A stretch of 64,000 bases of DNA from Octopus sinensis (Eukaryota). The position numbers and the translations under genes were made by a program. Position 1 is the stretch's first letter. Every line of letters begins with the position of its first letter. Shown piece after piece: positions 38,174 through 51,347 of the stretch. The stretch spans positions 22,568,001 through 22,632,000 of the forward strand of contig NC_043004.1 of the NCBI RefSeq assembly GCF_006345805.1, read 5' to 3'. Under the pieces are notes generated by a model, which worked only from the letters and a program-made list of their open reading frames with translations, was not told where the DNA came from and made no database searches.

Positions 38174-38735
38174 AGGTTTAAGGACGGCGTAAGGACTCCT
38201 ATGAAGTCACTTGGAATGGATCCAGACGACATAGAAACCCTTGCTTCGGATCGAGCAGGATGGCGGACAAAACTGTGGAGTGGACGCAAAGCGTTTGCAG
38301 AGGCTAGGATAACACATGCAAGGGTTAAAATAGATTTAAGGGAGAATGTTATGATGGAGAAGGTGAATTATAATGATCTTTTGTGTGCACACTTTGTGAC
38401 CGACCATGCCTTTCAATTGCTGGACTAAAATCTTATTTGCAAACCCATGGAAAACAAACCTCCACCAACTGTTCTGCCTATATGCCTGTGCACACTTTTG
38501 AATGCAGTGTTTGCCAGAAGGTTTTCAAATCTAACGGAGGCCTCAAAAGAGATTTTAGGATCCACAAAGATCAGAATTTATCTGCAGCTCTTGGTGGTCC
38601 AAATTGGATGTACAATCGATGTAGGGGTCTTTTCAGAAGATTATCTGGCTTAAAAGGCCACATCTGATGCCCTGATGATTCTAAGGCGTAGGTACAGAAG
38701 GTGCTCAAAATCTGGATAAGGAGTAGACAACCAGC
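38174..38735 (+). mobile_element. 5'-truncated RTE-clade LINE C-terminus with three decayed C2H2 fingers
   Basis: RFKDGVR..MKSLGM..IETLASDRAGWR, then in another frame CTLCDRPCLSIAGLKSYLQTH, CSVCQKVFKSNGGLKRDFRIH and YNRCRGLFRRLSGLKGHI; bordered by (TATG)n-like sequence. Confidence 0.8.
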
Positions 38736-39230
38736 ATGTACGTATGTAAGTGATTATGCATGTATACCCAATCTGTATGTACAAGCCGTCAAGCGGGATT
38801 TAATATTCTAATCAAATCGAATTTTATAATACATTTTAATCTCTAAAATATTTCTCGTTATATTTAAACTTCCCTGAAAATGGTAAATGAAATTTAAAGC
38901 ACTCATACATTTACATATATTCTTGACTATGTTTGTATGACTTTACATGCAAATATGGCAAAATAATATTTTTAATATTGAGCTATAACTGTGGTTCTTA
39001 ATTGTCGTTTTACAAGGCTACAAACATCTTCATTTATGTCATACTAGTATATAATTGATAAATACTCAATCTGCATTAACAAATTCGGCTTCAGCTCATG
39101 CTTCTTACTATTATAAAATCTGTAATTGAAACAGTTTCAATGAAAATTCGTGTATTAATCTCTGCGATCTGACAGAATTGGTAACATTTTAGAGAAGAGG
39201 CTTTGAAATATTCATTTCCTGCTCTTGCCT

Positions 39231-39710
39231 TCTAATCCCGCAGAGATCGACTTGCCATTCATTCTTTCGCGATTGATAAGTTAAGTACTAGTGAAACATT
39301 GGGGTCGATGTAATCGACTAGTCCCCTCCACACAAAATTTCAAGCCTTGTGCTTATAGTAGAAAATATTGTCAAGGTTGCGAGCTGGCAGAAACGTTAGC
39401 ACGGCGGGCGAAATGCCTAGCTGTATTACGTCTGCCGTTACGTTCTGAGTTCAAATTCCGCCGAGGTTGACTTTGCCTTTCATCTTTTCGGGGTCGATGA
39501 ATTAAGTACCAGTTACGCACTGGGGTCGATGTAATCCACTTAATCCGTTGTCTGTCCTTGTTTGTCCCTCTGTGTTTAGCCCCTTGCGAGTAGTAAAAAA
39601 ATAGGTATTCACCGATCATTTTGTTCTGAGTTCAAATTCCGCCAAGGTAAACTTTGCCTCGCATCCTTTCGGATGTGAAACACTGGAGTCGATGTAATCG
39701 AATATTCCCC
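39231..39710 (+). mobile_element. Three tandem copies/fragments of SINE family C
   Basis: Fragment 39231-39370, full copy 39375-39610 (B-box-like GTTCAAATTCC at 39449-39459), fragment 39621-39710. Confidence 0.8.
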
Positions 39711-39859
39711 TCACTGTTTTTTCCTCACATTTTCAACTGATATGGTATACTATGCCGACAAAATAAGTCTTTTTTCAACCTTCTCTTTCATGCTTGCATG
39801 TTGAATGCCAGAATCTTCACTTATTCTTTCGGTATTTATAGTTTTGTTTCTGCTCAAGT

Positions 39860-40760
39860 TCTTTTACACTTGTTTCAATATCTAACACAACTGATTTTGA
39901 GGTTATCAATTTCCCTTTATTGAAGATGGCCTTGGCGCATCTGATGTCATCGCGGAATGCTTTCACAAGACGTAATAGAAAAGGCCTTGAATCCCATCAT
40001 TGTCTTTGTCATAAAGTTATAAGTAATCCATATAAAATACATGGTTTATTTTCTTGATGTCAATTTTATAACCATACCCTGTTATGTAAAGTTCACATGT
40101 AAAAGTCATAGCGCTTAGCAAAAAAAAAATAGATGTAAATTTTACTGCATTGGCAAATTCCACATTTGATGATAATATTGTTTGAAGTTAGTACTCCACG
40201 AAAAAGATATAAGTGGAGATTAACTTTCCACACTGACATGGTATGCTTCAGAATTTCTGAAATTACAGAAGGAATTTTGAAGATGTTCAGCGATTTCAGA
40301 AATACGGTATGTCGGTAGGCCTTTTCGTAATGAATCCATGCAGGAGTGAAATTTCTGAGCTTGTTATGACAGTTCTCAATGCTCATGTGATTAATTAAGA
40401 GTTGATCTTTGCATCTATATAAGCTTCCTTGGCGCCCTTTTTGTTCAATATGTAAAATATTGTTCTCTTGCGTAAATACATGTTTTCGCCCTAAGAAAAG
40501 ATGTTAAAATTTTATAAGCGGTGGATAATCAAGTTATGAGCTGATAGTTGTTTGGAACCTTGGTTACATTATTCTTTCGGAGTTGGCAAGTAATAACATT
40601 TGCAAGCCAGTTAGGTGTTTTCTCAGGGTTTCTCATAATTGTATTGAACAGCCGAAGTAAATTTCTGTGCACACATAGGACCGATGGGAACTAGAAATTT
40701 GGCTTACTATATTTGTGAGTGTCCGTCTAATCCAGTCTCAGTTTTCATTGTATGTCTTCT
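39860..40760 (-). pseudogene. Decayed reverse transcriptase of an R4/Dong-clade LINE
   Basis: Minus-strand frames give PNWLA..T....K..TK.PNNYQLIT, YKILTS, IENCH..LRN...AWI.Y.KAY, KCGI.Q and FYMDYL (YMDD site, 40023-40034), then AKAIFNKGKL; many stops and frameshifts. Confidence 0.8.
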
Positions 40761-43700
40761 TATCGCTTCATTTGTTATTAAAGGAAGTGCTTAACTCTCC
40801 CCGCACCAGTAAATTTGTTAAAAGATAGGTTACTGTGGAATGAATAAATGGTTGGAGTAAATGCTCCTACTCTAAGCATGCACCTGTAGATTGGAGGACA
40901 AGAGTTGGACGAGGGATCGTGTCTTTGGTGGCCGGTGTATTCGTGGGGATGCCTCGATTTGCTGTAGTTGGAGTTTCTCCTCTATCAAGAGGACTGCATT
41001 GTTCATGTTATTACATACTTTGGATACAATTATACTTTTATCCTATTTCACCGTATTTTCTATTTTTGTCCTCATCTTTTATAATCACCCCACACACACA
41101 TACAAAATGATTGTACTCTGTCCCTGTTATGTCCTGCCTCATCTGTGCCTCTGTAGCTCATAAAAGATCATCATCGTTATTATCATAATCATGATTGTAA
41201 TAATTACGGAAAGAAAGATTCCTCAATAGTTGAGGTGCATTTATTAGTAATCAATGGCCGATTTATTTTTTGCTATTCAATTTCACACAGCGCGCACTTA
41301 TTTAGTTACGTTTGAGATAAATCAATTAAAACATTGTACCTTTATTGAGGGCATGCGGCGTATAAATTTCACCAGCAACTTAAGAAAGAAAAAAACAGCA
41401 ACTGATTCCGCATAACTACACAGACAGTGATAGACATGAGCGAATAAGTGTGTGTATGTCTGCACATTTTTCATATGTTCACACACTGAGATTATCTATG
41501 TATAAATATAACTCTAAGCCTGGCAGCTACAATTAACTACTGACTAGTGAAGTATATTTTTTTAACCTCTCCCTAAAGGTCTCATTGTAACAATCTGTCT
41601 GCCCGACATAGACAAATTGTCATCTAGCCAAACACTGAGTGCACGAAAACAGCAGTGAGTTTGTAATCTTACACATTTCAGGAATATAAATACATCGGTG
41701 TCTACACACGTCTTGTATAAGGCGTGACATGAATGTGTACCATACCACGAAACATAACAATATATATATGAGAATGCATACATATATACTAATATACATA
41801 TAAATAAATAATTAAGTATATATATTATGTGTGTATAGATGCAAAAACGCACCGGACTGGTTGCTACAATTAGTAGTATATTTATATTTATGCTCACAAT
41901 TTCATAATCTTAAGAGTGTTAATCGTGGGTGTGTATCATTAAATTACAATGTATATATTATCATAACAATATGCATATTCTTAAATACCGCTGGATTTTG
42001 AACGCAGCCTAAAATCTTGTAGAACATATGGAAGAACATATGCTAATTTACATATGTATATAATATTATAGACTATATTTTCGTTCATTGTTTTAATTTA
42101 TTTTTTTGACACGGAAATTCAATTGTGAAACTTAATTAGAAAGAATGTTGCAATATTTGCTAATATACTTAATATATTAATATTTTTGGTAGATTATTTC
42201 AAGTTTTTGAATATTTGTTGCATTTTTAAATTTTTTATGTAAGCGTGATTATTCATTTCCTCAAAATGATAGCAATTCTTTGTTTCACTTTTAAAGATGC
42301 GCTGTTGGTTTTCTTTGAAAACTTATAAATCGTTGACGTATAAATCTGCTTAGTATGACTGGAGGCTAAACAATAACAGCGTATATACAATGTCTTTGAA
42401 AGTTCTAGACCATATCAAGGGTTCAGCAGCTTTGCTAAGTTAAGGAATAGGACATTCATGGGCTTGTAGCTCAGTCTCATTCTTCTGGAAAATTTGAAGT
42501 CAACATCTGTCAATTTGTATTTTCTTTACAGTGTATTCTTATTCATTAGGTAGACAAAGCTACTTGAGTATTGAATGTGTTAGCTGTAGATACAACACTG
42601 GTTATCAAGACACAGTTTCAACAAATTAAGGATCCAGTTTGGACCACGCCCGCCTGCTCAAAAGATTCTCAGTAGCTGCGAATATCATACCTCCTCACAG
42701 CGTCTGATTACGTCTCATTTGTCACCGCACATGTATAACGGTAAAGTCTGTACCAAACAGATAAGACAAATCGAAGAAAAACTTAGGCTCTGTTAGGTTA
42801 TTTATTCTCTACAAAGCTGCAGTAGACCCCAACCATAACAAAAATAAATGCTCGGGTGTGGGGCGTTTCTACTATTATAGACACAGATATTGTAGATTAC
42901 ATTTTAGGAAAGGTTATTCTTCTGACTGGCACAACTTAATGCTACAACTATCGCACAACATTTGTTCTATTTGCCCTTTTTACTAAATTTCTTCTTTAAG
43001 GATGCAGCCTGAGTGTGGTGTGCTGGAAGGGATGCTGATGCAGTTCCTGTTTACATGAAAGAGAAAGAGGGAAATGATGCGAAGTTGCCCTAAGTAGCTG
43101 AACAGTACTTTATCGAATACGAAGGGAAGAAAAACTGAATTGCTTTCAGATAGATTTGAATTTCGAACGAGGAGTCTAGAAGAGATTCCACGAGACACCT
43201 GATACTGTAACGATTCTGCTACTTCATCCAAAATCCTACTCTAGTCAAACCCTGAATGTTTCATCAGCAGAACTTTTACTTTCTAGAATGTTTCTTACAA
43301 ATAGCAAATGCGAGATATTTTGAGTTGAACACTACCTAATCTATTTCATTTACATTCGAAAGGCTTCAAAGGTCATGAGTATAGCTTTCTCCCCGTTACA
43401 CTCTGAGTAGATAATATATTTATAGACACAGCATAACAAAATTTACCATGTCGGTCCATTGCCTTGCTCAAGGCGATAATTACATCTCAAAAATTTACTC
43501 TTCGTACATCGCTTGTGTGATACGTTTATACGCTAAGTAAATTATATTTGTACATATTTATTTATTTGTGCATATTTATATTCATCTTTCTTCCACTTTA
43601 CTGATCAATAGCAAACAGTAGTAAAAAGTAAACCCAAAGAATAATATGCAATGCCTGATGTTATGATTGGTTTCGAAATATCTACAAAATATATCATATT

Positions 43701-45078
43701 TACTATATTAACATTATGTATAAAAGGGGATATGTTTATGATTGTTAACAGATAACCATCAACAGATAAGAAAACATTCTTGCTGTACTCAGTACATAGT
43801 GAAGGTGATTATTTAATGTATAGTGTCCTCCTCAGGTGTCTTCAATCAATTTCAGTGAGCGTCCACAGGTGAATGTTGACATCAACCACCTCCATGAAAA
43901 GCTCACATAACCTATGCCCTCCTACTTAAAATAGAGTAGGAGGTACATAAGATGCGTAAAATTTCAGATATTTAGGTGAAAATTGTAGCTTGGAACACAT
44001 ATGTATATATTCACTGTTTGCGCGCGTTTGTCTGTACATGGTTTGGTAAGCCTATGTGTAATATTTTGAGAAATATATAAATGTGTTTGTTTATTTTCAT
44101 ACATAATGTACACAAAACATAGTTACCAACAACTTTTTCATTTTAAAATACTCCATATCAAAATTTTTTAGAATATCTTAAACTTCTTTTGAGTTTTCTC
44201 ATATAGAATGCAACCACTCCTAAGAAGATATTGCAATTAACATTTTCTGTTGAGATTTTCTTTTAAATCTGCGAACAGAAAAAATCGTTGTTTGTATAAT
44301 GGCCTAAAGATATGTACTGTTTAAGAAGTTTTGTAATCAATACGTTGGCGTATAAATTGAATATGTTTGAGAAATCTTACCTAGGGACAATACAATGTTA
44401 CATCTTTTATTCTAATTGGCATCAAGTATTTATAGGAATCCAGGTGTAATTTTGTAAGAGTCTCTTTTATCTTTTGGCGTGATAATGGGTGCGTATAAAT
44501 TCTCGCGTATATATCCAGAGCATGGGTGAAACTTTATGAAAATCGTTTCGCAAACACTAGTTCCAAAATTCTATGCCCCTGTATGACATCTTAGAGGATG
44601 CCCTTTATTGTACTCTCTTGTCGATCCTAACCTTGAGAGGAAACCTGATTAGATTGAAACTAAGTGCAATCTGTTGGTAAGATTGCAACCGTTATTCAAA
44701 AGTTCCATCTTTGTCTCGTATTCCGTATCGCTGTACAACATGGGAATTACATTCCGTACACAAGTGTGTTTGGAATAGACAATCGCTCTGACACTAATTC
44801 AATGAGGAGGTAGTTCTTTTGATCCTACAGCAGTATTTTCATTGTCGAAAACATGTACCTTTTTTTTTTTCATATGACATTAAGTAAATTTGATATGACG
44901 CTTGCAGTTTTCCTTTGTTAACTTCCATAGCGAAATCTAATCCCGCAATTTCAAGTGTATAAATTGTTCTTTATAAAACAACAGTTACCTTTCAATTGCC
45001 AGGTTTATTGACTGTCAGTCATAGCAAACCTGGAAAAAATAAGACTTTATCCTTTTGGATATATATATATATATATGG

Positions 45079-45114
<36 letters not shown>

Positions 45115-45269
45115 GTGTGTTTGTGTGTGTGTGAGTGTGTGTGTATATATGTGTGTGTGCATATGTATATATGTGTGCGTCTGTGTGTATAATAAATGTA
45201 TGTTGAAATTCCCCGTCGGAGACGAACTGTTTATTGTGAAGAAATGTTTGCGGTGTAAATAAGCTCTCT

Positions 45270-45447
45270 CCCTTCATCAAATCGACGATAGCTGAACAGG
45301 TACAGGATGTAACATACGTCAGGTACGAAAGTGATAATAGCAGAGCAGCGTGAAATGAGGTGTTTTGCTCAAAAACGCAACACAGCTAGGAATTGAAATC
45401 ACGATCTTGCGGTCGTGAGTACAATACCCTAAACTCTGAATCTCACA
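45270..45447 (-). mobile_element. CORE-type SINE copy, degenerate
   Basis: GCAGCGTGAAATGAGGTGTTTTGCTCAAAAACGCAAC..GGAATTGAAATCACGATCTTGCGGTCGTGAG. Confidence 0.7.
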
Positions 45448-46544
45448 CATACAAACAGACAGACAAAGACACACACACACACACACTCACACACACACAC
45501 ATACACACACACACACACACATACTATCGTAACCTAAACAGTCTTAACCTCAACGTCTGCCATCGTTTGATGAATACGCACAATTATGAGAAAAAATACA
45601 TGTATAATGTAAGTATTCATACTCCTTTCTGCATCACCAGGTAACCTTACGTGGGCATCCTGTATACTTTCACCTCACATGCTGGAAATAGTAACCAAAT
45701 TTCTTTAAATAAAATACTACCATGTTAATTAACAAAGAAATAGATTCTATACAACCTTACAAAAAATATGCTAGATGGTCACGGATGATCAGTGTTGACT
45801 CGGGGCTAAACAATTATAACACAATGGGATGTCCTAATATATAATTTTTTCATGCAGTAGAACAAATTCCCAACGTCACATCATGTCACAGACGGTACCA
45901 CCATGATTATATCTGATTGAATTCTGGGTACCTCTTAACATTTATTTCCGTCAAATGCCGTTAGACTGAATTACAATGTTAACAAGATAATTAGATTGTC
46001 GATAGACTATATCAATGCGTCAGTGTTCTTGTAAAATTATTCCAGCATTGTGCACTATAGTCAAGCCAAAGAAAGTTACTCTTTGTAATTTGAATCAGTA
46101 AAAATAGTAAAGAAATCTAAGACCGCTATCACCCTACAGAACAATCTAGACCTAGAACTATTGTTTTTACAAAAGATAAAGCATTTCAATGAACAGAATG
46201 GAAAGGTCGAAAGATCACACATAAAAGGTTATGGACCTTATTTTAATCATATTTTCTAACTACGCCTCAAAATACTTTCCATCCCAATAATCTGTAGTGA
46301 AACCAAAACAATATACTCATCTACATAGAAGCAGATAAATATAAACATTAACATACTTAAAATACACAACCACACTCACAAAGGGCATATGACCATTAAT
46401 ATACATACAAACCACACTGAGAGAAACAACTACATACAAACATATTTGATTATATAAAAAAGTATGCATACGATTATGCACATATATACACATACAGATA
46501 TAGATGCAAACAAATATACAGACATACACGCACACACACATACA

Positions 46545-46629
<85 letters not shown>

Positions 46630-46634
<5 letters not shown>

Positions 46635-46830
46635 TTGGGATTTGGTTTGCAAGATTATTTATATGAGTTCGTGTGTTGAAGCATATCTGTTGTGCCTGGG
46701 GAGAGTCATTTTTTATTTGTGCCTTATAACGTAGCACACTCACCGGTAAAATTTCTTATTTCTTATTTCTTATTTTTATTTTCCTAAAATTTTCGTTGTG
46801 TCTTGCAACCTTTTCAATAGTCTTGACTTT
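46630..46830 (+). repeat. Interspersed repeat family E
   Basis: Shared with 8158-8285. Confidence 0.75.
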
Positions 46831-46868
46831 GTCCGTTATTTACACTGCGCAGTGTAAATAACGGACAA
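46829..46868. repeat. Perfect 40 bp palindrome
   Basis: TTGTCCGTTATTTACACTGC|GCAGTGTAAATAACGGACAA, no spacer, no mismatch. Confidence 0.95.
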
Positions 46869-47363
46869 TGGATTGGCCTGCTCAAAGCCCAGATCTCAAT
46901 CCTATTGAAAATGTATGGAATATTCTAGGAGAACGTTCGAAAGCCAGAAATCCTAAAACAACTGAGCAATTATGGAATGCCCTTCAGGAAGAATGGAATA
47001 AGATCACCCAGCAAGAAATTGAAAATTTAATTTCCTCATGCAGTCGAAGATGTCAGAGTGTGATTGAAGCTAAAGGGCTTCACACTAAATATTAAATAAT
47101 TCCAGTATTCTCTGTCATTTTTGATTATTTTGTTATTTTTCCAACCGTTCTGATCATTTTGACCGCTATGGGTTTTGCAGTAAATCCCTAAATCATCCAT
47201 AACTTTTGTATTATCCTCTCAAATTACACCAAAATCTCAAGCAATAACAAATAATATCGTATTTATTGTCTGTGAAAATTATAGAATATAAAATAACTTT
47301 GATAAAACATTATATCTACTTTTCTGACGATAACAATGCCGTTCTGAACATTTTGGCCACCAC

Positions 47364-47365
<2 letters not shown>
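46868..47365 (+). mobile_element. Tc1 (DD34E-type) element 3' end with IR/DR-type terminal repeat
   Basis: Uninterrupted MDWPAQSPDLNPIENVW...W...Q...L..S..RRCQ.VI.AKG.HTKY* (46868-47095); direct repeats CCGTTCTGATCATTTTGACCGCTA (47145-47168) and CCGTTCTGAACATTTTGGCCACCA-CTG (47339-47365). Confidence 0.9.
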
Positions 47366-47405
<40 letters not shown>

Positions 47406-47421
47406 TTTTCCAATAATAAGC

Positions 47422-47893
47422 AGTGGGTAGCGATTTCCTTCACTATTTCAGGGAGTGACGACCCTGCCCGACATGAGTCCCGGGCTCAGCTAACTCCAGT
47501 GGAAAGGAGACAACCTTCAAAGAAATTCGGAGTGGAGCCCCGTAGGCGGTTTAGTTTTCGACTCGACACTCAACCGACAGCTCCTGCAACCAAGCTGATG
47601 CCAAGTGTAATGCTTTGCACGCCTTTGGACTACGTCAGCAAGGTCGAGAGAGCAACCTGACGACTGAGCTACCCAAGATTTTATTACATCTAACCCAGGC
47701 CTGCGCAAAACTGGAGACCAGCCAGGCAAAGTCTTTGCTACAACTGCGTCACCTGCCAGAGCGAGTGTTTGTCCAGGATAGGACGACACTGCCACAGCAG
47801 GAGATATAAATGACATGAAATGTAAAAACCGAACTGGAATATTTTATGTGCAACGCCATTGTCTCCCGAGACAAAAAGATGCCAAGAACAACA
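47422..47893 (+). mobile_element. Short RTE-derived element (5'UTR-like part joined to 3' end)
   Basis: CVTCQSECLSRIGRHCHSRRYK* (47745-47813) is an RTE-type terminal finger; 3'UTR GCCATTGTCTCCCGAGACAAAAAGATGCC followed by an ACA tail; the upstream ~250 bp is non-coding and GC-richer. Confidence 0.65.
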
Positions 47894-48037
47894 ATTGATT
47901 GAAAGTCAGCAAATAGAAACTCAACATAGCGATCTATGATGCTGGAGATTTCCTATCTAGTCACTCGTCTAGCCATCTACACACCTGCTCACATCTACAC
48001 ACACTTACACAGACACATCCACACACACACAAACACA

Positions 48038-48081
<44 letters not shown>

Positions 48082-48928
48082 TACACACACACACATATAT
48101 ATATGGATCCATTTATCAACTTATGTTTATTCTTACGCATCTGCATATGATTATATAAATATATAGATTTACACACAATCTCTTCAATGCTGCTACGATG
48201 ATGCCCATGTTCGAAATTTGTTGGTTTTATTTACTTTTATTTATCAGTTTTTTTTTTCCTTTTTGTACTCCCTGTTATACGGAAACTAACATATTCGTAT
48301 ATTCCTGGCATGGAACCATTCGTCAAATTTAATTCCCTTATTGAACATTATGTCACTAAAAAATATAATTAATGTTTCTTTTGTTGTCACATTAACGACA
48401 TTTCTGCTCCACATTGCATTTCACTTCGAAACAGACTGAAATTGAAAAGATCTGGCTCCAAATACATCAATTTTGGCATAAATATGGGAGTAAAGTATTG
48501 TTTAGCTCTACACGCCTTTTAAATTGATTAATAATAAATTGTGTTTAATTATTTTCTTGTAAGAGTAAAGTACTTGCTAACAAGAGAAATCATTCACTGG
48601 TGAAACAGCTACATGAAAAGAATTAAAAAGAAATTTTTAAAAATTTGTAGCTATTGCTATATATGTTAAGATGGATTACTTCCTTGTTAATCTGTAATTA
48701 AATTCCTAGTCATGTATTTATACCCCAAAAAGACAGTGAGGGGAATAAATGCATCTGATGTTTTTACTTGATTATTGCTATTATATATGTATGTATGTAT
48801 GTATGTATATATGAATGTATGTATGAATGTATGTGTATGCATGTATGTGTATACATAAATGTGTATATTTATATATATATATGTGTGTGTATGTGTGTGT
48901 TTATATATATATATGTGTGTGTGTGTGT

Positions 48929-48959
<31 letters not shown>

Positions 48960-49567
48960 ATGTGTGTATGTACATAAATATATATATACATATATGAATC
49001 GCATGTAAGAAAATGTTCCTACTAAATATGTCAAATGAACAAAATGCAATTCATCTAGTTCTTTAAAGCTAGAATATAGCCCATATCGGCCATTTTCTCG
49101 AAATAGAAATAGCCAACTAGTCAATGTATGGAATTTCCCAACCAAAGAAAATCTGTTTGAAACCACACCTGAAGTATTGTGTTATTTGTAGACGTCAAAC
49201 TTATTTTCACATGTCTCATTATATAGGGGAACCGGATAATGAGATTGTCCGACCAGTTAGCTGAAAATTCCTGCACAATCATATCTTATAATCTCAGAAA
49301 ATGAAGTACAGGTTAGATAAAGAAAGATAGGATACTCAGAGATTGTGTGACTTCAATCAAATTTACTCTGGATCAAAAAGATTATCTTTGATGTTGAGAC
49401 TGTTGACGCAAATAAAATTGTGTGCAATGGGCAGGTTTTTTCCATTGAACAGCACCAGACATTGGCAAGGATATCTCCATCATCTCATCAGTACATAGTA
49501 AAAGTTTTAGGCGACGTTAGTAGAGAATTTGGAAGTTAGAAACAATATGCTCCTGAATTTTTGGTAG

Positions 49568-49800
49568 CTTTTCTCTTTTCTCTTTTCTTTTAATTCTCTA
49601 AATCGTCAGACTTCATCAATGCTGGGGCACCATCTTGGAATATTTTAGCCTCGAATCGACCCTATGAGTTATATTATAAGCGTGGTACTTATTCTATCAG
49701 TCTTTTTATCCAACCGCTAATTCACGGGGCGTAATCACACCATCAACGTTTGTTTTATGATGATGGGCGACAAACATAGACTCAAAGTCACACAAAGACA
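49568..49800 (-). mobile_element. SINE family A 3' half
   Basis: GGTACTTATTCTATCAGTCTTTTT..CCGCTAA..CGGGGCGTAA..GGGCGACAAACA. Confidence 0.7.
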
Positions 49801-50494
49801 GATTGACACAAAATCACAAATGCATGTGTGTGTGTTGTTGATCACTATGCAGCAGGGTTTAACTATGGTTCCTAAATAACACAGGAAACAGATCCTGGAA
49901 CGAATAAATATCACTTTGTTGCTGTACCTCCAAGAATGTATAACGATGTAAACATGTTCAGTGCCGTTTGGTTAGAATAAATCCTTAAAACCTGGAAAGC
50001 TATTACCACGATTGTTAAATCCTATTTTCATCAAAATACTACTTGCACACACGCAAGTACAATTTCATATAAATTCACTACATATGAAAAGAGAAAGAGG
50101 GGGAGAGAGAAAATTAGAGAGAGTTATGATATCAATGACTACAAATAACATTGTGTTGCTAGTTCATAACTTTCAATCTATGTTGCTATATTCTGTCTTA
50201 TATAATGCAGAGAAACTATAGATTGTGTGACTACTTATTTCTTCCTTGTGTCCAACTCACCTATAAGTTAATATATTCTACTTCAGTCTATGCGTTTGTT
50301 TCAGTTGATGAGGAAGCTTTGGTCGTGAGCCAAATTCAAGAAGCCTTAAGTCTCTTATTTGAGTCCTATACATCTCATCCAACTTTGAGCTTTTACTTTG
50401 CCTGCATTCACCTTCATCACTTTGTTTTCCACTATTGGCTAGCTAGGGAACTTTTGTTTTGCTAGCTTTATCAGAAAATTTTCAAATTCTCCTC

Positions 50495-50670
50495 CTTCTC
50501 CTCCTCATTATGATCGTTATCATCATCATCAGAAGCAACAGCAGCAACAGTAGCAGTACCACCACCAACACATTATCTTTCGCTGTCGTCATCATCATTA
50601 TTATCAACAACATCTGCAGCAGCAGCAGTAGCAGCAGTATAGCTATGATAATTGTTGGTGTAGTTGTTGT
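50495..50670. repeat. Mixed trinucleotide (CAT/CAG/TAG) low-complexity tract
   Basis: Direct reading of the sequence. Confidence 0.8.
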
Positions 50671-51347
50671 TATTCTCATTTATCCATGTCTTTATTTTTA
50701 TTAAGCTTATATTCATGTTACTGATTTTTCTTTATTCTCAAGCCTGCAGTATTTTCTGATATTTGGTATTTTTACAGTTTCACTTTTCCCTTAAGATTTA
50801 CAAATTTTTAAATCTAGAAAATTGTCATCAACCCTTAAGGCATATTAGAATTACACCACTTTGAGAATTCATTTGTAAACTTGACGCCGCACAAATCAAA
50901 CGGTTTTAAACATGATGCTGAAGCTTGTACAATCGATCAAACAGAAATGTCATATAAAAGCCATTTATTTTGAAAATAAAATTGTTGGAATGTATTAGAT
51001 AATGTAATCTTTGATAGTTCAAGTTCATAGGATGTCTAGGAATGGTATTCTTTTGATAAGTGTGGCTAATGAATAACGGCCTTGGATTAAGTAAAAGACA
51101 ATGAGAGAGCCTTACTAAGTGCTCGATTCTTTTTTTCTACATGTTTTTCTTTTTCAGAAGGAAGATGCTGTGGTTAATAACCATCTCTAAAACGAGTGAC
51201 ATTGATCGTCTTGAGGAAGTTGATCACTACAGTAGAAACAACGTGTAGGGATGGAATTCGAAAAAAGAATGGTTATTCATAGGTTACATTGTAACCTGTA
51301 AGCCGGGATGATCTAAATGGAGATGGTACATGATCACAAAGATATCA

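Noticed and set aside
38383-38667. ORF resembling a host C2H2 zinc-finger gene
   Set aside because: It directly continues an RTE ORF through a frameshift and the metal ligands are mutated; treated as LINE sequence.
40860-41165. GC-richer block with short ORFs
   Set aside because: Possibly a LINE 3' UTR remnant, but no motif I can support.
50305-50465. Candidate exon 2: acceptor TTTGTTTCAG in phase 1 giving Val
   Set aside because: The translation (VDEEALVVSQIQ...) has no NPR similarity and lacks the expected early Cys; it runs to a stop.
51158-51177. Strong polypyrimidine acceptor TTTTTCTTTTCAG
   Set aside because: In-frame TAA after six codons in phase 1; no NPR similarity.
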